In this document: positions 10,027 through 17,803 of the stretch, in pieces
Numbering within the stretch: position 1 is the first letter of the stretch
Layout of the letters: each line of letters opens with the position of its first letter
Source of the DNA: an uncultured bacterium
Lineage (GTDB): Bacteria; JAJVIF01; JAPKYR01
Length of the DNA: 28,277 nt
Reading direction: 5' to 3'
Assembly (NCBI GenBank): GCA_965369865.1
Contig: CBDURU010000036.1
Coordinates: forward strand, 1 to 28,277
Notes under the pieces: generated by a model
What the model saw: only the letters and a program-made list of their open reading frames with translations
Database searches by the model: none
Told to the model about the DNA's origin: nothing
Position numbers and translations under genes: made by a program

Positions 10027-10905
10027 CTATAACCTCCTTATCTTCTTAAGATAATTCGGGGCGAATAAATAAAAACAGAACGCCACGAATCCGACCGTAA
10101 TTACCGTTATCGGACACCCAATCATCAGCACCCACCTCGTTGTTACAGGATCGGTTGGATCCATCATCGACACCGCAGCCATTATGGGCGCAAGCACCAG
10201 AAATACAGCTATCATAAGCATCCTTCCGCTTTGCCCCGACACGAGTTGAGATTCAGACTCGGACCTTCTTAACAGCAGGGATCGTGGGACATAGAGAATA
10301 TCCAGTGCAGTGAGTATGGGCGAAAAAATAAACACACATACCGCCGGCGCATAAAGATCTATCGTCATAAGGAATACATCCCACCGCAGCATACCCCGTT
10401 CATTTGCGGCGGTTAAAATCAATCCCAGGGTGATTAAATTCAGTATTACCAGTCCCAGCCGACCCGGTGTAAAGTTTAAAAATGGGAACCTGGCATATGC
10501 CAGCACCGTAGCATCGACAATTTCCTTTTCGGTTAATGGCGTCGAAAAAAGAAGCTCAAGCGCGCGGGGACTGTCCAGCGGGGACGGGTAGTTGCTTACG
10601 GCAAGCATCTGGACATTCCAGCCCGCGTAAACGGTGCCGGCGGCGATCGCCAGCGGGCCGAGTATTGTCAGAAGGAAAATTGGCAATTCAGAAATGAGGG
10701 GGTAAATAAGTCCGGTTATCCAGAGCAGGAGAAAAGAAACGAACACCCATAACTGCCACGCGGTATGACGTTGGGGCGCCAGGGTTTCCACAAGATTTAA
10801 CCGCTTATTTTGTAAGTCCAGCAGGTAGATATAAAGGGGATTGTCCCCGAGAGTTTTCCATCCCGGTTTACTTATGGAATTGCGATTTTCTATCTCATGG
10901 GACAT
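10027..10905 (-). CDS. Polytopic membrane protein of unknown function
   Basis: About six hydrophobic segments. LELLFSTPLTEKEIV resembles a loop motif of ABC-2-type permease-like proteins. The start overlaps the moxR stop. Confidence 0.7.
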   Translation of the reverse strand: MSHEIENRNSISKPGWKTLGDNPLYIYLLDLQNKRLNLVETLAPQRHTAWQLWVFVSFLLLWITGLIYPLISELPIFLLTILGPLAIAAGTVYAGWNVQMLAVSNYPSPLDSPRALELLFSTPLTEKEIVDATVLAYARFPFLNFTPGRLGLVILNLITLGLILTAANERGMLRWDVFLMTIDLYAPAVCVFIFSPILTALDILYVPRSLLLRRSESESQLVSGQSGRMLMIAVFLVLAPIMAAVSMMDPTDPVTTRWVLMIGCPITVITVGFVAFCFYLFAPNYLKKIRRL

Positions 10906-11920
10906 ACACCGCGCCCAGGATTTTCTCTACGATATCCTCGCTCGTGGCTTCTTCAGCTTCAGCTTCATAAGTGAGCAGTATTCGATGCCTGAGGACATCC
11001 ATAACCATCGCTTTCACATCATCCGGTGTCACGAATCCACGCCCATTTAAAAACGCGAAAGCTTTTGCGGTCATGACAAGGTAAATACTCGCCCTTGGGC
11101 TTGCACCGTACTCGATAAGGTAGTCGATATCCAGGCCGAATTCCTTCGGCTGCCTTGTGGCGATAACAATATCCAAGACATACTTCTTGATGTTTTCATC
11201 CACGTATATCCGGTCTACAACTTTCTGCATATCCGCGATTTTATCGAGCGTAATAGCCGGTTTCAGTTCGATCGTATCACCGGATGTAATCCTGTCTACA
11301 ATAAGATTCTCCTCTTTCCTGAACGGGTAGGTGACCTTAACCTTCATCATGAACCGGTCCAGTTGTGCCTCTGGCAGGGGATAGGTGCCTTCGGTCTCAA
11401 TCGGATTCTGTGTCGCCATTACCAGGAAAGGATCCGGAAGGTGAAAACTCTCGTCGCCTATCGTCACCTGTTTCTCCTGCATCGACTCGAGCAACGCCGA
11501 CTGCACCTTGGCCGGTGCGCGGTTAATTTCATCTGCAAGAAGCAGGTTGGCGAATACAGGACCCAGCCGAATCGAAAATTCCGATGTCCTGGGATCATAG
11601 ATTCTTGTACCCACGATATCCGCCGGAAGGAGATCCGGGGTGAACTGAATCCTCGAGAAATCCGCACCGATCGCCGTGGCAAGTGACTTGATGGCCAGGG
11701 TCTTGGCTAATCCGGGAACACCCTCGAGAAGGATGTGGCCCCTGCAGAGAAGCCCGATAATGAGTTTCAGAAGCATATCGTCCTGGCCGACAAGTATCCT
11801 CTTCACCTCATCGAAAATAGCCTGTATCGTCGGCTGGTGGCTTTCGCATTCACGTCCAAGGGCTTCTATTTCCTTTGAGATTGCGCTGGTTGGCTGTGGC
11901 ATTATGGGTACATCTGGCAT
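10895..11920 (-). CDS. moxR: MoxR family AAA+ ATPase
   Basis: LLEGVPGLAKT, RIQFTPDLLPAD, LADEINRA, ATQNPIE.EGTYPLPEAQLDRF, YGASPR. Confidence 0.95.
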   Translation of the reverse strand: MPDVPIMPQPTSAISKEIEALGRECESHQPTIQAIFDEVKRILVGQDDMLLKLIIGLLCRGHILLEGVPGLAKTLAIKSLATAIGADFSRIQFTPDLLPADIVGTRIYDPRTSEFSIRLGPVFANLLLADEINRAPAKVQSALLESMQEKQVTIGDESFHLPDPFLVMATQNPIETEGTYPLPEAQLDRFMMKVKVTYPFRKEENLIVDRITSGDTIELKPAITLDKIADMQKVVDRIYVDENIKKYVLDIVIATRQPKEFGLDIDYLIEYGASPRASIYLVMTAKAFAFLNGRGFVTPDDVKAMVMDVLRHRILLTYEAEAEEATSEDIVEKILGAVYVP

Positions 11921-11997
11921 TGTTAAGTGATCTCGCTTTGTTTAATTATGTTTAAATTTGATAAAGTATGTATAAGATTTATTGTAGATAGTTATAC

Positions 11998-12933
11998 TTA
12001 TATGGATTCGGTTGTACTCCCTAGAAGGGTCCTTGATGCCCTTACGGGAACATCATGTATCTCATTCTGAGTCGGTTTGCACTTCGCAAATTTTACCCAG
12101 TCGCAGTCATTTATCAACTTAAGCACTCCGGCGGCTCTCGATTCTATACGTTGTCTTCGATGGAATTCGAGGCGAATCTCGTAACTGGTGGCGTCCGTAA
12201 TTTTCATCTCGAATCGCTTTCCAAGGTACTCTCTCAGGATTTCATCAACCCGGTCATAATACTCCCTTACCTTCGGAAGGTCATCCGCTTTGGGAAATTC
12301 GAGTCCGTTGATCTTCTCCAACGTGATCTGCTCAAGTGTCCTGAATACAGTTGCGAGAACCGGTGCGGGAGTTCCGGCTTGTTTCTTTCGTTTAATGGCT
12401 ATCAAAGCCCAGATCAAACCCGCCAGTAACGCCAGTAGCGCGGGAATAATTAAATATCTCCACCATTGTACCGTCTTACCGATGATGATATTGCTTGCTG
12501 GTCTTGGAGCATCATCATAAATTTCGATGACTACCGGATCGATAAGGATCTCCTCGCCGGACAGATCATCTGTATCAAAGTTAACCCTGAATGGGCCGAG
12601 TTCAACCATACCAGCTTCCTCAGCGGTATAGCTTGCAATTTGGAAGTGTTCGTACTGTGTTTGCCGACCGGCCCTGTTAACCGATGATTCTTTCCTGACT
12701 TCGGGGTTTGAAAGGGAAATCCCATCTGCTACAGGAAATTCTATATTAATTACCTGAATACTTTTATCACTATATATATTGACGGTTACCTCGAAAGTGC
12801 TTCCAAGCCGCACGAGACGCGGGTTTACTTCGACATTGCCGGTAACTTCAGCATGAGCGACCTGTGTTCCCAGGAACATCAACAAACCTACTGTAAAACA
12901 TTGAGTAACCCAATATTTGATTGCACGTTTCAT
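11998..12933 (-). CDS. BatD-like exported/membrane-anchored protein
   Basis: Signal peptide ending in AHA, a beta-rich domain, one TM helix, and a helical tail (ILREYL..RF...T..EI...CDWVKFAK) typical of MoxR/Bat-locus proteins; directly upstream of moxR. Confidence 0.65.
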   Translation of the reverse strand: MKRAIKYWVTQCFTVGLLMFLGTQVAHAEVTGNVEVNPRLVRLGSTFEVTVNIYSDKSIQVINIEFPVADGISLSNPEVRKESSVNRAGRQTQYEHFQIASYTAEEAGMVELGPFRVNFDTDDLSGEEILIDPVVIEIYDDAPRPASNIIIGKTVQWWRYLIIPALLALLAGLIWALIAIKRKKQAGTPAPVLATVFRTLEQITLEKINGLEFPKADDLPKVREYYDRVDEILREYLGKRFEMKITDATSYEIRLEFHRRQRIESRAAGVLKLINDCDWVKFAKCKPTQNEIHDVPVRASRTLLGSTTESI

Positions 12934-13128
12934 AAAATTCTTTGATCTTTAGAGTTGATTTATGCCGGGCAGGCTTACCGGTCTGCCCTTCTTTGTCCAT
13001 ACAGGTTTATGATACAGAAATAAAAAACAGGTTCGGTATTTTGGAATGGAAATGCTACCATATCAGCATTAGAAGTGGCAATTGGACTGGAAAGTGTGAG
13101 TAACCCCGGAATTTGTCATGATTACGTC

Positions 13129-13157
13129 TTGACTAAAACGTTATAATGTGATATATT
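13129..13157 (+). promoter_or_regulatory. Sigma70-type promoter driving the riboswitch transcript
   Basis: TTGACT (13129-34), 17-nt spacer, TATATT (13152-57) with extended TG at 13149-50. The predicted +1 (about 13163) coincides with the riboswitch P1 start. Confidence 0.75.
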
Positions 13158-13162
13158 ACATA

Positions 13163-13249
13163 AACTTGGACGATAATGGCAAACCCGTCGCGAGGCGGGG
13201 ACGCAAAGCCGAGGGCCTCACTGAGGTGGCCAGGCTGCCGAACCGAGTT
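13163..13249 (+). ncRNA. c-di-GMP-I (GEMM-I) riboswitch aptamer
   Basis: GGCAAA-CCCGTC-GCGA-GGCGGG-GACGCAAAGCC...GGCTGCCG core with a GNRA tetraloop in P2, P3 GGCCTCACTGAGGTGGCC, and P1 AACTTGG/CCGAGTT. Confidence 0.93.
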
Positions 13250-13270
13250 CGCTTGGTTAAGATTCTGCGA

Positions 13271-13301
13271 ACCCCCGGTTTAGGTCGGGGGATTTTATTT
13301 T
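13271..13301 (+). terminator. Riboswitch attenuator (intrinsic terminator)
   Basis: CCCCCGG...TCGGGGG stem followed by ATTTTATTTT, about 20 nt after the aptamer. Confidence 0.8.
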
Positions 13302-13611
13302 CTCCCCAGGCATGGTTCGGAGTCCGATCCAGGAATGGACGACTTTTAACATGCCGGAGGTGATAAAGACCTGATATAACATTGTTTCCAGTATTGATAC
13401 CCAACTTACACAGATTTTTAAAAGGAGCTGATAGTACTCCAGTGACGATCCTGACGAGATCGTAGATCATTTTGGAAGATTATAGAAAAAAACCAAAACC
13501 TGAAATTCTCCTGTGGATGCTGAAATGCACCACTTCTGATTCGGTCTATGACCATTAACTACGATTCATACGCTGCGCGCCTCCTTCTGAGGGGGGGCGC
13601 TTCTTTTTTTT
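13302..13611 (+). ncRNA. Candidate riboswitch-controlled sRNA (or small-peptide mRNA)
   Basis: Bounded by the attenuator and a second terminator. The ORFs found are all under 30 codons. Repeated CTGA motifs, several in hairpin loops. Confidence 0.5.
13577..13611 (+). terminator. Intrinsic terminator
   Basis: GCGCCTCCTT-CTGA-GGGGGGGCGC stem-loop followed by TTCTTTTTTTT. Confidence 0.85.
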
Positions 13612-13711
13612 ATGAGCGAAGCAGTCAGGTATACAAGGTATTAGCCATTTTTGGCCACTGAGGATAAATTTACAGGTTTCTGGATAATTATGATTAAAGT
13701 GAGGAATGATA

Positions 13712-13805
13712 AAACCGTAGAACAGCACGGCAGTGCGTCGAATGAAAATGCGTCGAAAGAATTGTTTTAAAGTGGGAGACGCACTGCCGTGCTGTTCTAC
13801 GGTTT
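13712..13805. repeat. REP/REPIN-like palindrome, family B copy 1
   Basis: Perfect 28-bp inverted repeat AAACCGTAGAACAGCACGGCAGTGCGTC (13712-13739 / 13778-13805) with a 38-nt spacer. Each arm has GTAG followed by a GCAC-GGCA-GTGC mini-palindrome. Confidence 0.88.
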
Positions 13806-13848
13806 GTCGTTTTTTCGATGGCTAAAAATGATTAATTTTTCCTATAAG

Positions 13849-14622
13849 TTAAATTCCCATAATCAGTAGCTTTTCCAGCTCCAAATCATCGAGCGGCTTA
13901 ATCTCACCGGATTTCAAGATCCCGCATTCAATCGGCCCATGACTGATCCGCACCAGCCTTATTAGCCGGTACCCGGTAACTTTCATCATTTCCCTTATCT
14001 CGCGTTTCTTTCCTTCTCCAAGGATCATTTCGAGCCAGTATCCCGGTTCAGGATGTTCGTTGTCCCTGGGTTGCGGACCAAGCCTGGTGACCTTGAGAGC
14101 ACTCGCGAAAAAATCCTCGCACTGTACTCCGCTGCGAATTTTATCAAGGTCCGTCTCGTTGGGTCGTCGATTTACAAGTACCCTGTAAACCTTCCTGGCG
14201 CCGTATCCCGGATGAGTCAGCCTCTGTACAAGATCCCCGTCGTTCGTGAGAATCAGCAATCCCTCACTGTCCTTATCAAGGCGTCCCGCGGGCACAACAC
14301 CGTTCGGGATTCCATAGCCTTCCATCAAACCTATTACTGACTTTCGTCCGTGCGTATCGTCGAGTGTGGTCAGCACACCGATCGGTTTGTAACATTTGTA
14401 ATAAACGAGACCTGGGAGTTCGAGCTTCGACCCGTCGAGCGTAACAATATCCGTACCGGGTGTGATCCGGGTCCCAGGTTCAAGGATGGAATTTCCGTTT
14501 ACAGCTATGCGACCGCCTTCGATGAGCTTATCGGCTTCCCTGCGACTTGCGGCGCCGCACCTCGCGATGTAGCGGTTCAACCGCATTTCGGTCTTTGCCA
14601 GGTCCGGTCCGGGAACATTCAC
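13849..14622 (-). CDS. RsuA/RluB-family rRNA pseudouridine synthase
   Basis: S4 domain (MRLNRYIA..G..SRREAD), GRLDKDSEGLLILTNDG catalytic motif, EGKKREIREM. GTG overlaps the deaminase stop. Confidence 0.93.
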   Translation of the reverse strand: MNVPGPDLAKTEMRLNRYIARCGAASRREADKLIEGGRIAVNGNSILEPGTRITPGTDIVTLDGSKLELPGLVYYKCYKPIGVLTTLDDTHGRKSVIGLMEGYGIPNGVVPAGRLDKDSEGLLILTNDGDLVQRLTHPGYGARKVYRVLVNRRPNETDLDKIRSGVQCEDFFASALKVTRLGPQPRDNEHPEPGYWLEMILGEGKKREIREMMKVTGYRLIRLVRISHGPIECGILKSGEIKPLDDLELEKLLIMGI

Positions 14623-15884
14623 TTCCTGTAAACCTCCCTGCCATCGGCCCAGGTAGCGATAATATTCTCCGATGTGACGTCCCAGAGCAAAGTGTTGTAA
14701 ACATCCCGGTACTTATTCACACCCTCGAGTTCAGGTTGGACCAGTAATAAATCCGCGCAGGAACCCGACCTTAAATCACCCACCAGATCCCCCATCCTCA
14801 GTGCCTTCGCTGGATTGGTTGTGACCATTCGTATCACCGATTCCGCAGGGAGATTACCAGTGTTTCCTGTCAATCCCCTCTGGAATAGGACCATCCTGCG
14901 CATCTCCTCAAAAAGATCGAATGTTTCACCGCTCGATGGGCTGTCGGTTCCGATACACACAGGAATTCCTTTCTTCACCCATTCGCTTACCCGGGCAATT
15001 CCCACACCGGTTTTCGCGTTTGATGTCGGGCACGTTACGAGTGTACATCCACGCTTAGCAATTATGTCGAGGTCGGCGTACGTCAAATGAACGCCATGCA
15101 CGAGCAGCGTTTTTGGGCCGATCAACCCGAGTTCATCGAAATATTTCAATGATGTTCTTTCACCGTCCGGTTTTGGCCACCTGGCGGCATGGCGCGGGTC
15201 GGCAAATCGTCCCTCACCTTTCAGGAAAAACTGGTTCTCATCGTAAGGCTCCGCCATGTGGGTCGAAAGGGGTAAATCGAGTGTCCCGGAAATTTCCCTC
15301 GCCATTTCTCCCATCGGGGGTGTAACAGTGTATGGGGCATGGGGAGAGACACCTGCGCGATTTCGATCGGTCGATTCGGAAACAAGTTTTTCAATTACAC
15401 TCCGGTCGCGATCAACACTTAGCGATTGATCTGAAGTACCAAGGCCGAATATTTCATAGAACATGACCCCCTTCATTCCAAGTTCGACCATGGCGTCCCG
15501 ACCCCAGAAGGTGTAATGGTTTTCAGCTATCGCGGTAATCCCATGCCTGTAGCATTTTTTTATTCCGAGCCTGGCGCTCTTACGGCACTCGTCCTCCCTT
15601 TGATCGATTTCAAGTGGAACAATATGATCGGTCAGCCATGAGAAAAAATCAGCGTCATCGGCAAGGCCCCGAAATGCCGTTAATACAAGGTGCGTATGGG
15701 CGTTGACCAGCGCAGGCATAAGAATTCCATCGGGATATTCCTGGAGTGGAAGATCACCGGGTAACTGTTCGCGACCCGTTACACCCTCGATTTTCCCATC
15801 GGAAACAACAACCGCACCATTTTCGATGGGTGGTTCGTTCATTGGAACAATGGTTCCGGCTGCTATCGCGAATCTTTCATGCAT
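14619..15884 (-). CDS. Amidohydrolase, MTA/SAH-deaminase family; probable aminodeoxyfutalosine deaminase
   Basis: NAHTHL, SPHAPY, THMAE, VHGVH, CPTSN, IGTDS. The substrate is inferred from the overlap with mqnC. Confidence 0.8.
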   Translation of the reverse strand: MHERFAIAAGTIVPMNEPPIENGAVVVSDGKIEGVTGREQLPGDLPLQEYPDGILMPALVNAHTHLVLTAFRGLADDADFFSWLTDHIVPLEIDQREDECRKSARLGIKKCYRHGITAIAENHYTFWGRDAMVELGMKGVMFYEIFGLGTSDQSLSVDRDRSVIEKLVSESTDRNRAGVSPHAPYTVTPPMGEMAREISGTLDLPLSTHMAEPYDENQFFLKGEGRFADPRHAARWPKPDGERTSLKYFDELGLIGPKTLLVHGVHLTYADLDIIAKRGCTLVTCPTSNAKTGVGIARVSEWVKKGIPVCIGTDSPSSGETFDLFEEMRRMVLFQRGLTGNTGNLPAESVIRMVTTNPAKALRMGDLVGDLRSGSCADLLLVQPELEGVNKYRDVYNTLLWDVTSENIIATWADGREVYRK

Positions 15885-17004
15885 GAATGATGTTCTGGTA
15901 TAAGGATAACCTTTTTACGGGTTTGAATCCCGCGGCCCCGATTATACTCCGCATTTCCTCTTCGTTTGTCCTGAACCCCGCACCTGCCGATGCCACAACA
16001 TTTTCTTCCATCATCACGGAAGAAAAATCATCCGCCCCGAACCTTAACGCCAGCGACCCGAGCCTCAATCCCTGCGTGACCCACGACACCTGGATGTGCG
16101 GGAAATTATCCAGGATCAGCCTGGCGGAAGCCTGCAGTCGAAGGTAATCCATCCCTCCCGCTTCCCCCCTACGCTCAACTTCGGTCTCAAGCCGCGTATT
16201 TTTTGGCTGAAAGGTCCATGGGATAAATGAAGTGAAACCGGATGTCTCGTCCTGCAGATCCCTCAACCTCAACAGGTGATCCAGGCGGTCTTCCACCGAT
16301 TCACCGAACCCGATTACCATCGTTGCGGTAGTTTTAAGTTCTAAGGAATGTGCCAGGCGCATTGTATTGAGCCACTGATCCCCCGTGCATTTCGCGGGCG
16401 CGATAAACTTCCTGATCTTTTCAGAAAAAATCTCCGCTCCACCACCGGGAATACTGTCAAGCCCGGCATTTATCAGCCTTCGGATTACATCATCTTCGGG
16501 TATGGAAAATTTCCTGGAGTAAAATAATATTTCAGGTGGTGAAAATGCGTGGATATGAATCGATGGAAATCTCGCGCGGATCGCTTTCAACACATCAATG
16601 TAATACTCGAAAGGTATCTCCGGATTATGCCCACCCTGCAGAAGAATCCCATCGCCGCCCTCATCAATTGTTTCCTGTACTTTCCGAATAATTTCCTCAA
16701 CAGTAAGCGTCCATCCATATTTCGATTCTCCCGGATCTGGTGAGTCAGGCTCACTTTTTGATGAAACGGATTTTGGAGATCGATAGAACGCGCAGAAACG
16801 GCATGCCGCGTTGCATATGTTTGTGTAATTTATATTTCGATCCACCTGGTAAGTTACTCGATCGGGCGGATTCTTTATGCTTCGAACCATGTGTGCGAGT
16901 TTCCCAAGCTGCCAGATATCCGCTTCATCTGTCAGGCACCAGTACGCTTCTTCGTCCGTCAGTCGTGTCCCGGTACGAACTTTTTCCTCGATCGTCTCAA
17001 ACAT
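15877..17004 (-). CDS. mqnC: Cyclic dehypoxanthinyl futalosine synthase (radical SAM)
   Basis: DRNINYTNICNAACRFCAF, LLQGGHNP, SIPGGGAEI, FIPWTF, QVSWVTQG, MEENVV. ATG 17004 overlaps the mqnA stop. Confidence 0.9.
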   Translation of the reverse strand: MFETIEEKVRTGTRLTDEEAYWCLTDEADIWQLGKLAHMVRSIKNPPDRVTYQVDRNINYTNICNAACRFCAFYRSPKSVSSKSEPDSPDPGESKYGWTLTVEEIIRKVQETIDEGGDGILLQGGHNPEIPFEYYIDVLKAIRARFPSIHIHAFSPPEILFYSRKFSIPEDDVIRRLINAGLDSIPGGGAEIFSEKIRKFIAPAKCTGDQWLNTMRLAHSLELKTTATMVIGFGESVEDRLDHLLRLRDLQDETSGFTSFIPWTFQPKNTRLETEVERRGEAGGMDYLRLQASARLILDNFPHIQVSWVTQGLRLGSLALRFGADDFSSVMMEENVVASAGAGFRTNEEEMRSIIGAAGFKPVKRLSLYQNIIHA

Positions 17005-17803
17005 CCCTGTCTTTCTCTCTCTTATTAAACAGGTTACCGGCGAGCGTAAAAAATTCCCGTTCCCCGGCGAGTTCCCTCGGCCCATGCATGTAGGTGATAT
17101 TTGTCCTCAGGTAACGGTCTACAACTTCAGTCTCGAATTCGTATTTAACCGCAAGATCAGAGACAAATGACGCGAGATGGATAAGGCTCCAGTCCCGGGC
17201 CTCTATGAGTAGCGGTTTTAACTCGGCGGCTATGTCACCGTTCCGTGCTATCCATTTCGCGAACGTAATGGGATGATTTATTTTCTCCCTCCATAATTCG
17301 CCAAGATCGGTGTAATTCGACGCTGGTTTATTTCCGTAGACGTACCGGAGAGCTTCATCACCGATTATAAGGCGGCCCGTATCGGTTGGAAGGAGATCGA
17401 TTTCCGGCGCATCCCCATTTTCAGGCAGGATGAAATTGCATTCGGTTAATGACGCCCGGTCCCTGAGTATCTGAACAAGAATGTTGCTGGTACGGCTGGC
17501 GGGATCGAGCCAGATTGTCTCCAGTTTTTCAATCGGATCATTGTGGAATAATAAAACACTTGCTACCGCTCCCCTCGATGCAATAGCGATTTCTGTAATC
17601 GGAATCAGGGTTGGAAATTCAAGAATCGCGGCTACCGATGCCAGGGCGCAATCAATATCCCCGCCTCCGAGCATTTTGACAAGGTCGGACGGGACCGCTC
17701 GGATTATTGAGTGAGGATGCTCGATCACCCCGTTCTCAAGCGGCCAGATCAGTGGTTCCGCGTTCAGGTATGGAACACATCCGATTTTCAGTGCCACAGT
17801 CAA
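16997..17803 (-). CDS. mqnA: Chorismate dehydratase
   Basis: IGCVPYLNAEPL, G.VASVLL, SRTS, LIIGDEAL, DLGELW. Confidence 0.88.
   Translation of the reverse strand: MTVALKIGCVPYLNAEPLIWPLENGVIEHPHSIIRAVPSDLVKMLGGGDIDCALASVAAILEFPTLIPITEIAIASRGAVASVLLFHNDPIEKLETIWLDPASRTSNILVQILRDRASLTECNFILPENGDAPEIDLLPTDTGRLIIGDEALRYVYGNKPASNYTDLGELWREKINHPITFAKWIARNGDIAAELKPLLIEARDWSLIHLASFVSDLAVKYEFETEVVDRYLRTNITYMHGPRELAGEREFFTLAGNLFNKREKDRDV

Noticed and set aside
13148..13470. ORF-track entries 13148-13363 (+) and 13156-13470 (-) as genes
   Set aside because: They run through the promoter, aptamer and attenuator; the plus ORF starts upstream of the predicted transcription start.
13302..13576. CsrB-like GGA-repeat RNA
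   Set aside because: About seven GGA in about 275 nt is near chance level and few lie in ANGGA loops; CTGA is the clearer signal.
13312..13590. Selenoprotein or TGA-recoded gene explaining the many TGA triplets
   Set aside because: The TGAs fall in different frames, the ATG 13312 frame hits TAG right after its second TGA, and TGA is a normal stop elsewhere (uvrA, gap, tpiA).
13683..13700. Fur box (GATAATTATGATT)
   Set aside because: Only a partial match in AT-rich DNA, and it is part of the repeat-B flank.
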